The notes under the pieces are model-generated. The model searched no databases, had not been told where the DNA came from, and saw only the letters and a list, made by a program, of their open reading frames with translations. Of a DNA stretch of 64,000 bases, positions 29,284 through 42,535 are shown piece after piece (the stretch's first letter is position 1; each line of letters begins with the position of its first letter). The stretch lies in assembly GCA_964016885.1 (NCBI GenBank), contig OZ024740.1:254634001-254698000 (forward strand), written 5' to 3'. This stretch comes from Eledone cirrhosa (lineage: Eukaryota). The position numbers were made by a program, and so were the translations under genes.

Positions 29284-31145
29284 ATTACATCTAATATGAT
29301 ACAAAATGGTACAAAATGTGAAAAATGAAAAACAAAAATATGAAAATAAATAAGTAAAAAAGTAAAAATGTGTGAAGAAAATTAAACATATTAAGATTAT
29401 TGAAAGTGGTTTTTGAGAGTGGCTAAAATATATAGAGATACGAAGATGTAAATATGTTAATGTTAAATATATTTATATGTGTATTGGTTATTTCAATAAA
29501 TAAATAAATTAATTAGTTGTAAGTTATATTATATGATAAAATAAAATTGCAGAGATGAAATAAATTTAGGGAGAGAAATATAGAGATAGAGAATGAAAGA
29601 TAGAGATGTATAAAATAAGAATGTAAATATAAGAGGTTTTGATGTTGTTCATTGATACATGATGACAATTATAATAATAATGATGATGATGATGAGGATA
29701 ATGTGATATTATAATAGATCCAAGTGGTACAATTTGGGTTATGGAATAGATAAGATGAAATTAAGCTGGTCTAAAGTTCTGGAATTTGGTCGCCGTATTA
29801 TGTCGACAGAAAATAGTTCTTTCAATTTTACTGTTAAGAAGCATTTTGTTGTAATTTAAAATTTGGAAAAGTACCATAGTGGGACATACCAATTTGATAG
29901 GCCGTTGCTTTTGATAGCTTCGTCCAGCTGATTTTATATTCCTTGTTTGCATCCTTGAGTTGCCAGATTTTATTGGCGAGAGTCGTTGTATTTAAGAGGT
30001 TCCTGTTAATCATAGAGTGTCTATGGACGTACCACCTTTTCTTAAACTCTCCAGCTGTGGAGCCAATGTAATGCCATGCTAAGCTACCTGAATTTATAGT
30101 ACATAGGTATACTATATTTGTCTCTAGGCATCTATTTTGTAATGTATCTATTTTGTCAGGTAGATGGCAGTTACATTTAGATGCTTTTCTATGTGCCGGT
30201 TCTTCGATATGTTTTTGTAGGTTGCTATGTACGGGCTGAGAATTGGGTTTGTTGGTGCATTGTGGTGATGTGTTCAGACATGTGTTTGGTTATGATGATG
30301 TTATACGCTTATGTTTTGTATTTGGTTTTATGGAATTTATTTGCGGGTTATTTGTATTATAAATTCTTTTATAGTTAATTTTATGTATGTGTGATTCTAT
30401 GTTGTTGGCAGTGGAGTATGATAGTTTGGTAGTTTTTCTATTAAAGATTTTACATCATTTATGAATTTTAGAGAAGTGTTTGTCAACCAGTTTGAAGAAA
30501 GTGTAAGGGAGTTAAACACTGGATTGAACCATAAGTTATTTCTATCTATGCATCTTCTAAAGTTATTAGTGGTCTTTATATTAGTATTCTGTTCAATTAA
30601 TTTACGTGCTTGTTGCCAATTTCTATGTTTAGTCCTAGATTTGTTGCTTCTATAGGTGTGGATAGTGTTATTTCTATTAAGTGTGTTGTTATTTTTTGTA
30701 TCTGGTATGTATTTCAGTCTTTCTTTATGGCCTGCCTTAAGTAAAGCTATGTTGTAGTAGTTAGCGTGTTTTTTAAAAATCCCTAGGCTAGAAGATAAGC
30801 GCGAGATTCTAAGGGATATACTATGTGCTATGGAGTTAATTATGGATCGAAGGTGATTAGAGTTATAATCAATGCAAGCTAAATTTTCATTATTTTTATG
30901 GAAGGGTTCTATTAGGCCTGTGTTAAGGTTGAGCGATACATCTAAGAAGTTAGCTTTTTTAGAGTTGAGTTCATAAGTGATGTTAAGGCCTAAATTATTA
31001 AAGAATGTTCTAATCTTTTTCCTTAATCTTTCTAAGTTTTGATTATTTAGGTTTTTAGCTAAATGTAGTGTATCGTCTCTATAAATCCCTCCTTGTAGGT
31101 TATCAAATTCCCTATGTAAGATATGTGCTATATAAATTCCGACAA
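28720..31145 (-). mobile_element. Hydra-clade-like PLE, 5'-truncated, decayed
   Basis: Paralogous to 31160-33440 (RT C-half, CNC linker, EN, 3' UTR, pLTR with HHR). Confidence 0.85.
28776..28885 (-). ncRNA. Hammerhead motif with ~80-nt stem II
   Basis: cagttt-CTGATGA-tctgatcgag..cttaatcaga-GAAAC-AATT-GTT-agactg. Confidence 0.7.
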
Positions 31146-31159
31146 TATATATATATATA

Positions 31160-34100
31160 TTGAAAGAGGGAAGAATAACATGGTCAACAGTACAAAAAAG
31201 GGGTTTATTTTCAGTCTGACAATTGTTTCACTGATTAAGTTGTCTAAAAATTGCTGAACACTTGAAGTAGTGCCACTCAATTTTAAATACGTTGTTAGCT
31301 TAACCAGATCATCGGAGATAACTGCTATATGTTCAGTATTTTTACGAATTAAAATTACAGCATCAATAATAATATTAATAATAAAGATAGAGAGAGAAAA
31401 AGAAAGAGAGATAGAGAGAAGGAAGAAAGAAAAAGGAGAAAGGAAAAAAGAGAAAGATATAGAGACAAAAAAGACAGAGAGAAAATAGGATGGAAAGAGA
31501 AGAGAAAAGAATAAAGAAGAGATAAATGTAAAGAAAAAGAAAAATAAAGGGAAAAATAATGATATCAACAAGAAATGAATAAATGCTAATAAATAAGTTA
31601 CATCGAGGATGATACAAAATAATACAAAGTATGAAAATGAATAAATAAAAAATGTTTATATGTGCGAAGAAAAGTAAAATAGTAAGATTATTGAGAGTAG
31701 TTGTGGTGTTGGTGGTTAAAATATAGAGATACGAAGGTATAAAAATGAAAATGTTAAATATATTTATGTGTGTATTGGTTATTTTAATAAATTAATTATA
31801 TAATTAATTAATTATTTGATTAATTAATTGTAAGTTATATTAGAAGTGAAAATAATACGATAAGATAAAATGCAAGAGATGAAATAAATTTAGGGAGAGA
31901 AATAGAAAGATAGAAAGTGAAAGAGAAAAATATATAAAATATAAAATATAAAAGGTTATGATGTTGGTTCATTGACAGATGGGGACAATTATAATAATAA
32001 TGATGATAATAGGATATTATAATAAATCTAAGTGGTACAATTTGAGTTATGGAATAAATGGGATGAATTAAGTTGGTCTAAAGTTATCAAATTTGGTCGC
32101 CGTTTTATGCCTACAGAAAATAGTTCGTTCAATTTTGGTGTAAAGTAGCATTTTGTTGTATTTTAAAATTTGGAATAGCTCCATATTACAAAGACGACAG
32201 TGGGCCATGCCAATTCTATAGGCTATTGCTGTTGATAACTTCATCCAGCTGATTCTGTATTCTTGGTTTGCATTTTTGAGCTGCCAGATTTTATTGGCGA
32301 GCGTTGTTGTATTCATAAGCTTCCTGTTATTTATAGAGTGTCTGTGGACATACCACATTTTCTTGAACTCCCCCGCTGTGGAACCTATGTAGTGCTATGC
32401 TAAGTTGCCTGAATTTATAGTACATAGGTACAATATATTTGACTCCAGGCATCTATTTTGTAATGGGAATTTGTCAGGTAGATGGCAGTTACATTTAGAT
32501 GCCTTCCTATGTGCCGGTTCTTCGATATGGTTTTGTATGTTGTTATGTATGGGCTGAGAATTGGGTTTGTTGATGTATTGTGGTGATGTGTTCTGACGTG
32601 TGTTTGGTTGTGATGATGTTATGTGTTTGTGTTTTGGTACTTGTTTGCGGGCTACTTGTGTTAGAAATTCTCTTATAGTTAATTTTATGTATGTGCGATT
32701 CTATGTTGTTGGCAGTGGAGTATGATAGTTTGATAGTTTTTCTATTAAAGATTTTATGATATTTATGAAGTTTAGGGAAGTGTTTGTCAACTAATTTAAA
32801 GAAAGTATGAGGTAGTTTTGTTTTCATAGAAGAGTTAAATATTGGATTGAACCATAAGTATTTTATATCTCTGGATCTTCTATAGTTTTTAGTGGTCTTT
32901 ATATTAGTATTCGGTTCAATTAATTCTGGTGCTCGTTGCACATTTCTTAGGTGTGGGTAGTGTTATTTCTGTTAAGTGTGTTGTTATTTTTTGTATCTGG
33001 TATGTATTTGAGTCTCTCTTTATGGCCTGCCTTAAGTAAAGCTATGTTATAGTAGTTAGCGTGTTTGTTAAAAATCTCTAGATTAGAAGATAAGCGCGAG
33101 ATTCTAATGGATATACTATGTGCTATGGCGTTAATTATGGAACGAGGGTGATTAAAGTTATAATTAGTGTAAATAGATTTTCATTATTTTTATGGAAGGG
33201 TTCTATTAGTCCAGTGTTTAGGTTAAGAGATACATCTAAGAAGTTATCTTTTTTAGAGTTGAGTTCAAAAGTGATGCTAAGGCCTAATTTATTGAAGAAT
33301 GTTCTAATCCTTTTCCGTAATTTTTCTAAGCTTTGATTATTTAGGTTTTTAGCTAAAAGTAATGTATTGTCTCTATAAATGTTTCCCTGTAGGTTATCAA
33401 ATTCCTTATGTAAGATATGTGTTATATATATTCCGACAGTGTCCGTTACTTGGGCTGAATCGTTCGATCCCATAGTGATATCAAAGTTATTTTGTCTATT
33501 TTTTCTTTCCCAGTAACTATTATCGAACCTAGTGATTGTTCTTCTAGCAGCTAGTATTATTTTAATTTCCTCTGGTGATAGGTCAGAGTTCTTTGTGTGC
33601 AAAGGTTAGTGCCTTATTTAGGGTTACTGGGGAAATAGAAGAGTGGTAGTCATTGATGTCAAATTGTATAAAGTCGGAAGATTCTTTATTGTCTAATTTG
33701 CTAAACCAATCTATTGCTTCGTTAGTGTTACCCCAGAGCTTAATTATTAGTTTTTCTTTAATTTCTTGTATTATTCTATCTAATATATACTTGCTAATTT
33801 TGCCTATATCAGATTTTGATGGACATATTAATCTAATAGTAGGGTCAGTTTCGAAGTTGCATTTATGACCCTTCAGATTAAAAGTGGGTTTACAAGGGGT
33901 TAGAGGTTCGGTTCTATCAGATATTTTAAGTTTTTTTTACTATGTTAAGTCCTTCCTTGTTAATGTTATTGAGTGTAGACTCTGTAGTTTTCTTGTATTT
34001 TTTATGTAATTCTCGGCGTATAAAGTTGTTGTATGTATTAAGGCTCATGGTGTATACGTTTGAGGTTTTGTCTGCCTTTACTATAATACCGTTAGTGTTA

Positions 34101-34660
34101 CGCAATTCTTTTAGTAGTGCATTGATGTTATTTTGTAGCTTATTGTGATGCGTTCGTTTTTTTAATTTAGTTTCTTTTATCATGTTCATGAGGTCAAGTT
34201 AAAAGGCATCAGGATTTGAACCCATATTTTTCACTGGTAGACCCATCATTTCTATCATTATTATTATGTCCTTTATCGTAATGATATGCTTTCCATCGGA
34301 TTCTACGGATAAAGTCATTAGTTCTTTATTTCATTCCGAGCGTATATTCTCTGTTTGTAGCTATAGGTATGTTTTTAAGGACATTCCTATGTGGTGTCTT
34401 TCCATGTTAGTGCCGTGCGTTAAATTATTTGCTCAACCTAATGGGAGCTTGGTATAAGGGATAACAAAATATCGTTATAGGTAATCCAGTTAGAGGTTGT
34501 GAATACTTCTTATTATGGATAGTTTTAGCGTACGGCGTTGTTTGACTCAACAAGAGGTTCACATAGGTGGCGAGTTTATGAGTTCACTTGTATTCCTATG
34601 TAAGTTTATCTTGGAGTAATAATATTGAAAGGGTGAAGAATAACATGGTCAACAGTTCAA
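31160..34660 (-). mobile_element. Near full-length Hydra-clade-like PLE with direct pLTR at both ends, frameshifted
   Basis: ADKTSNVY, FDITMGSNDSAQVTD.VG, IYRD, CRLCNME, FCRH. The terminal motif TTGACCATGTTATTCTT occurs at both ~31170-31190 and ~34635-34655. Confidence 0.9.
31212..31324 (-). ncRNA. Hammerhead motif, CCGAUGA core, long stem II
   Basis: tct-CCGATGA-tctggttaag..cttaatcagt-GAAAC-AATT-GTC-aga. Confidence 0.65.
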
Positions 34661-34717
34661 ATATATATATATATGTGTATATGTGTATATATGTGTATAT
34701 GTGTATGTATGTGTGTG

Positions 34718-34766
<49 letters not shown>

Positions 34767-34791
34767 ATATGTATACATATATGCGTATGTG

Positions 34792-34839
<48 letters not shown>

Positions 34840-34866
34840 CACACACATACAATTAAATATAACCTC

Positions 34867-34907
<41 letters not shown>

Positions 34908-34932
34908 ATATGTATACATATATGCGTATGTG

Positions 34933-34974
<42 letters not shown>

Positions 34975-35967
34975 GAGGTTATATTTAATTTGTTGGGATT
35001 CAACAAGCTTAAAAATCTTCATAAATATTTGATGTTTAAGATTTGACTTACAACTATTAATAAACTCTGGCTAAATATAATTTTGCCTAACTTACTTTAA
35101 TCAATTAAACTATACTTGGTTTTTTCCAATGCAAAATATTATACATTCAAATATTTTATAACCTATAACATAAAATACCCATCTAAACCTATATAGTATT
35201 AATACATCTTAATAAAATTTCAAATACTTCTTTTTGTAATATATCTTATTGTAACTATTTAAATTTTAATTAAATTCTAATTAAATTTTAATTAAATTCT
35301 AATTCAATTTTAATTAAATTTCTGGTTAAATTTAAACTAAATTATAACAATACTCTTTTGTAAAGTTTTCGTATCAATAATTTAACTTAATTTTTTAACT
35401 TTACCTTTATAAGTAATATAAACACAACATAACGAATATGTTTACATTGTGACTACTCATCTATATAAATTTATTTCTCCTCTCACTTCGCCCATCTTTC
35501 TCTTTCCTCTCCCTCCCTCTCACTATTTTTTCTCCCTCTTTTTCCAATATTTGTTCAACATTCTTTTCTCTCTCCCGCACAATACTTTTTACTTTCTCTC
35601 TCCATCTCAATTATTTGTTCTTTCCTTCACTCTCTCTCAATATTATATCTTTTCTCTTTTTCTCTTTTTCTTCTATCTCTCTCTTTCTCTTTCTATTCTC
35701 TTTATCTATTCTCTTTATCTCTCTCCCTCTCAAATTTTTGTCTCTCCCCTTTTTACATCTATCTTGTCTCTCTCCCTTTTACATCTATTTTCTTCCAGCA
35801 GTTTAATTTAAATAAACCGTTGTTTTATTCAATTTTTCCGACACTCATTTGCATACTCACTCACTAATTTGTATCACCCTCAAGTATCTCCACTATCCAG
35901 CGAATTTCAACCGTTGAGGTTGTCTTTTTTCCGGGTATGTCAATATTTATTTATAAAACAAATCTGT

Positions 35968-36031
35968 ATTTTATCTGATGAAAGCGCACCATAATTTACC
36001 TTGGTCGCCCTTGAAATATATATAATAAAAT
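35968..36031 (+). ncRNA. Minimal type I hammerhead ribozyme
   Basis: attttat-CTGATGA-..-GAAA-TATATA-TA-ataaaat; same family as 3571 and 57918. Confidence 0.72.
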
Positions 36032-36074
36032 AATTATGGTTTTATAAATATAGTTTCCATTTATTAATATATTC

Positions 36075-36169
<95 letters not shown>

Positions 36170-36311
36170 GTACTTGTAATATGTATGTATATGCATATAT
36201 ATGTATATGTATATATATCCAAAATTAAATTAAGTGTGTCATGTCCGAGACATGCGCCATATCCCCCGTAGAATAAGCTTAAAGATTCCAATGAATCGAT
36301 CCGAGCATTTT

Positions 36312-37122
36312 ATATCAACTAGAAATTGATTGACATATATATATATCTAAAATAAACACATGAAACAATCACAGGGGATAATTTGTAAAGTGTGTAATCA
36401 CACATAGCTAGGTAGGTAACTAATTAAAGTTTAACTAGAACTTCAAATATCGATACCTTTTAAAATCATTAATCTTCCTTGTATATATTTCATTAAAGAA
36501 ATATATTTCACCATTAATCCGTAAACTCACAGTAGTCAAATCCCGGATTTGCAACAAGGGAAAAGATTTAACTATCTGTCTTTACATAGCAAATGCAAAT
36601 CTGCAAATGAGTCGTTGCACGTGTTGCATTTTTAAAACTACACACATCGTACCAGCGTCATGACACCCTTAATTTCATTTTGGATATATATACGGCCCCT
36701 TAATTGTAGAGCTAACTCAGTTGAAAGGACTCGGCTGCTATTTCTAGCTGTCGATAATCCTATTCACGCCACTGGGATGAAGCTGGTACGATGTGTGTAG
36801 TTTAAAAAATGCAACACGTGCGACGGGTCATTCGCAGATTTGCATTTGCTGTAAACAGAGATAGTTAAATCTTCTCCCTTGTTGAAAATTCGTTGTTTAA
36901 CTATTGTGAGTTTACGGATTAATGGTGAAATATATTTCTTTAATGAAATATATACAAGGAAGATTAATCATTTTAAAAGGTATCGATATTTGAAGTTCTA
37001 GTTAAACTTTAATTAGTTACCTACCTTGCTCTGTGTGCTTACACACTTTACAAATTATCCCCTGTGATTGTTTCATGTGTTTATTTTAGATATATATATG
37101 TCAATCAATTTCTAGTTGATAT
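36312..37122. mobile_element. Foldback/MITE-like element with ~350-bp terminal inverted repeats
   Basis: 36312-36661 is an imperfect reverse complement of 36777-37122; ~115-bp spacer; TA-rich flanks. Confidence 0.75.
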
Positions 37123-37447
37123 ATGTGTATATATATTTATATGTGCATGTAAGTGTATTGTGTATATATGTATATGTATATATGCACACATGTATATATA
37201 TATATATATATATATATAAATATATATGTATATATATATGTGTATGTATGTGTATGTGCATATATGTTTGATTGTGTGTGTATATATATGTATATATATA
37301 TATATGTAGGTATATGTATATATATATGTGTGTTTATGTATGTGTATGTATGTATATATATGTGTGTGTATGTATTTATATGTATGTTTGTTGTGTGTGT
37401 GCCTGCTGTGTGTGAGTGTGTGCATATGTGTGTACGTGTGTAAGTGG

Positions 37448-37937
37448 GCGCGTGTGAGAATGTGCTTGTTGACACCTGGAATATATATTAAGAGAAACTT
37501 CACAATAAGCGGAAGCACCCCAACACTTGAATCTATTTATAGATTCTTTCTGCCTTTGTCACCCTAATTTCAACCTTAAAGAATTAGCTTCTAAAGAATT
37601 TCCCTTTTCTTTAAACCAAAGAACCCTACCCATCCTGTAGACACCTGTCTTACAGGCATTGTTAGTTTAAGAGATAAACAAGGATTGTTATTCCAATCTG
37701 AATCTGTTTACAGTATTCCTTCTGCCTTTGTTAATATTATAGCTTTAAAGAATTAGCTTTTAATGAACTCCCTTTTCTTTAAATCCATCAACCAATGACC
37801 TCCACCCATCCCAATCCCCACCCTCTCCTACCACCAGATAAGAAAATATATAAATACCACCAGATTTACTTGGACAGTCATCTTCCTGATGATTTCTCAC
37901 GAATGAAACAGTTCTAGTCCTGTAGAAGCTTTTCTAT
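37448..37937 (+). mobile_element. Young non-coding HHR-bearing element (copy 2)
   Basis: Reverse complement of 17826-18312; ends in (TA)n. Confidence 0.8.
37882..37928 (+). ncRNA. Type I hammerhead ribozyme with extended stem III
   Basis: cttc-CTGATGA-tttc tcac gaat-GAAAC-AG ttctagtc CT-GTA-gaag. Confidence 0.82.
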
Positions 37938-37947
37938 ATTAAAAAAA

Positions 37948-38018
<71 letters not shown>

Positions 38019-38789
38019 AACGACTGCAACCGCAAATAAACAACCGATCAGAGAGAAGCGAAATGAGATGGCTGGTTTAAGTTAACAAGCGATGCAACAA
38101 CACACAACACACAACACACGTACACACACACACGCAAACGAGACAACTACACACACACACGCACACACACACACAGTAGCATTCCACCATACGAACATAC
38201 TACACTGCCAATACAGAGGAACAAGGCAACAACACACGCACACACACACACACACACACTCAAGCGTGACAACGACACACGCACACACACACACAGTAAC
38301 ATTTAACAAACAGGCAGAGAATGGACTGACAGCTAGCGCCATCCCACTCCCTCATTCGGCCGCTGACCTCTGTACGACCGACCCCATTTAACGCGCACGC
38401 GCGCTCTGCCGAATACCTCAGATATTCAAAACAACAAACAGCGAAGGACGCGTTCCGGACTTGTCCGACAGACAACCTTTTCCCCCACCCCGGAAAAAAT
38501 CCCAGTTGATGGATGTGAATCCGAAATATATAGGGACTATTAAATCTCTCCCAAGGTAACTCTCTCTTGTGTTGTTATTTTTATTTTATCCTTTATACTC
38601 TTCCCTTCATTCTACACATCTCACACATCTTATACACACCACGCATCTCAACGTACACCCACTTACATCTCTCTCCACCACCGGACCTTGTTACCCGGAG
38701 ATTTACCAATTTGCATTGTCGAGGCTTCCAAACGACTTAAAGATATTTACTTATTGTTCCACAATGCTTCAAGCAAACTTCAATACTCT

Positions 38790-38892
<103 letters not shown>

Positions 38893-38896
38893 ACAG

Positions 38897-38929
<33 letters not shown>

Positions 38930-39319
38930 CACATGCACATATATACATGATGATGGCTGCCCCCTCGTTATCGAGTATGGCCATTGCACGAGAAAAAACA
39001 ACAACATAATAATAACAACAATAATAATAATAATAACAACAATAATAATAACGACAACAACAATAATAATTGTTTCTACTTTAGACACAAGGCCAGCAAT
39101 TACCCAGTGCATTTCTGGTACTTTATTTTATCGACCCCGTAAGGATGAAAGGCAAAGTCAACCTCGGCGGGATTTGAACTCAGATTATAAAGGGACGTAA
39201 CTATGCTGGAAAGCATGGCGTCCGACCCTCTACCGATACTTCCACAATAATAATATACATATATATATATACACACACCTGCACACACATAAACATATCT
39301 ACACACACACACACACGAT

Positions 39320-41080
39320 AGCAATTAACAGCGCTGCGATCGAATGTGGCTTTTTAGCCCAGCCAATGATCTAAAATGTCTTGCACAGATTCGGCAACCA
39401 AAATATTCACTGGGATTAGGCGGCTGTGGTTGGAGTTCATGTACTTTTGCATGTCGTTTGAGCCCTCCTGCTGATTTACATTCTCTACCACATGCTTGGC
39501 AGCATCTCCAACAGCAGCCTGGTAGTCAACCACTGGTCTTACTTTATGACTGCGAAGATGACTTTCGAGTCCAGCTTTGCTTAGGCAGAGTCTCGCACAG
39601 ACGCTGTATGTCAGCACCATAGGAGGAGCCTCGCCGTCTGGAAGTGCAACAGCAATGCCCTTCCTCACATCCCGCTTTACTTTCTCGTATACAGTCTTTC
39701 TCCATTTATTACGATCAGCAGCAATATTTTCCCATGTATCAGCAGAGATGTTAGCGTCTTTCAGAGAGGCTTTCAAGGAATCCTTATACCTCTTTTTTGG
39801 TTTATGTGGCGGTCGTTTTCCTTTAACTAACTCTCCATAAAAGAGTTGTTTTGGTATTCTGGAATCCTTCATCCTGGCAAGGTGACCACTCCAACGGAGT
39901 CGTTGCTTAAGCACAAGAGCTTCTATACTGTCACACATATAGCTTTCTAAAATCTCGACATCACTGATGTGGTCCCTCCAGTGAACACCATGGATCCGTC
40001 TGAGACACATCTGATGGAAACGCTCCAATTGCTTAAGGTGGTGTCGATATGTGACCCAGGTCTCGCAGGCATAAAGAAGAGAAGAGAGGACACATGCCTT
40101 GTACACCTTTACCTTTGTCTTCTTGCATATGTCTCGCCGACCCCAGAGTCGCCTTTCTAGCTTTCCTAAAGCATCACTTGCTTTCCTAATCCTGAGTGGG
40201 ATTTCACTATCAAGGTTGCTGTATCGATTGACACTGCTTCCCAGGTAGACAAACTGATCAACCACTCCAAGTCGTTTACCATACACATAGATATTTGGTT
40301 CACTGTACTGCTTACCAGGGGCAGGTTGGTATATGACGACGGTTTTCTTGTGACTGACAGTCAATCCTAGGGCAGTGCAAGCATCAGAAAATGCATTCAA
40401 AATGTGCGCTACAAGATCGCAATCATCTGCATGCAATACTTTTGTTTTTGCAGCAAAGCGCCTGATGTTAAATAATCTGCCTGAGGTTCGATATCGGATG
40501 TAAACACCATGCTCGCAATTCCTGAATGCAATACAGAAAACTATTGCAAAGTATATGGCAAACAGGGTCGGTGATGGAATATCCCCCTGTTTCACTCCAT
40601 TTTTTACTGAAATAGGCTCCGACATGTTACCTCCGACATTAACCCAAGCCTTCATGTCGTCATGGAAGGACCTAACTAAAGCAAGGAACTTATCAGGGCA
40701 ACCAAGTTTCCGGAGAACCTTCCATAATGCATTTCTGTTAACAGTATCGAAAGCTTTTGTCAGATCGACAAAAACCTGATACAGATCCAAACCTTGTTCC
40801 ATGCATTTCTCCTGGAGCTGTCTAGCCCATATCCTGCCAAATAAAGAGTGAAGATGTTGCAGGAGTCTCTCACCACCATATTGTAGGAGCTCAGCATGTA
40901 TGCCATCCATACCTGGAGACCTTCCACTGTTCAGCTTCGAGATAGCCACTGCATCCTCCACAAGCGTCGGAGGTTCTGCGAGAGCTACTTTCACAGGACT
41001 TTCTGGAATGAGATTGAGGAAATCTTCATTGACGACAGACGGCTGATTCAAAAGATCATCAAAGTGTTCTCGCCACCTTC
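39320..41080 (-). mobile_element. RTE (BovB-like) LINE, RT region with internal deletions
   Basis: SPGMDGIHAELL, FVDLTKAFDTV, GVKQGD, ADD, YLGS, LRWSGHLARM..PKQLFYGEL. Confidence 0.92.
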
Positions 41081-42535
41081 ATAGAATTCCTTGTGAGTCA
41101 CGAAGAAGTTCTTTGTCATCCTTGCTGCGAAGCGGTGTCACCAGAGAAGAAGACGGTCGTCCATAAACTTCACGCAAGAGACTGTACAACAGCTTTGTGT
41201 TTATAACAAAATACTGGGTTGTATAAGTATAACAAGAGACGTGGTTTGTGTGTATAATATTTAATTAACAATTTGTGGATATATAGAACAGTATAGTTGA
41301 CATGTCAATGAATAGATGAGAGAATGAAGCAAAGTTATTAGTTACCGTTTGGTTGCCAGGCGAATGCGCCTGGCCGAAGGCCAGGAGCCGAAAGGGCAAA
41401 TGAGAGATAGGGAGCTGAAAGTTATTCCCTTTATATGGTTGGAACGGAAGTGACAGAAAGGGTTCTGCCACCAACGGGAAGTAACTCCAACTACTTCCTG
41501 TCTAGAGAGCGTTAATTAATTGGTGATGTGAGTGTCACAACAAGGGAGGCAACTCCTGCTACATTATCCCCTGCCAGATTTTTCAAATATAAAAATCGAA
41601 TGAAATATGTATGTAGTAAGTTGGCGAGAATGTTGTAACAGGCATGAAAATTACGAAAAAACTAATGTTTGCAATAATAGGAAAACAGCAAAATATATGC
41701 ATGCAAAAATCAATGATAGATATCAAGGTAGCCAACCGCTCTTAGCCAGAGAACGACTGGACATCTATCTATCCATCACCCAAAGATACAATGTAATCAA
41801 AGTAAGAGAAGAGCTCTAAGTTCAAAAGTTCAAAATACAGTTCATAGGTGTGCAATCACATGACAGCAGGAAAGAAAGTGTGTTCCAGAGAATGAATGCA
41901 GGTGGTTTCTGTTCTGTGGTATAACGTGAAATTTCCAATCTCCGAATGGATTTTCTCACAGGAAGAGTGCTGCAAAAATAAATTCTCTGGCTTGTTCTGC
42001 TGGTTTTGGTTGTTGATGAAGCTGTGTTGATGTAGATGTTGTTGTCTCGCGGAGCGAGCGTATTCGATGTTTAAATTCACAGTAAAAAAATTTTCAAGAA
42101 AAAATGAGTTGCGCAAAGTGCTAGAAATAACAGCCGAAGTTGATGGTCGATGTTGAGAATGCGTTGACCTGGAAGGGTCAAGAGGCCAGCGAGCAAAGAA
42201 ATAAGCATTCTGAATAAATGCGCAGTTTTCAACGGCAAATAGGAGAATATAGCTTAAGGATGGAGAATCCTTGGCGAGAAACGTTATCTCTGGCGTGTGG
42301 TTATCTCCGTGAGTTGAGAATTGTGCTGCCTACACGTGCCAAAACAAGGTTAAGTTGAAAAAAAAAATTCTATTGTGCGAGAAAATGATAGTGCAACAGG
42401 TCGTTGGCAGCCATTTTGAAAAAATGTATGTGTGAAAGTGACGATATGATGAAAAAGAAAGAAAGGCTTCATTTAGTATAACAAATATGGCGAGTTCAAT
42501 TTTTTTGTGAACGATGAAGAAAACGATGAAAAAAA

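Noticed and set aside
38498-38535. Hammerhead-like fold (GGAT/ATCC stem, GAAATATATA)
   Set aside because: The core reads CAGTTGA, two mismatches from CTGANGA; at best a dead copy.
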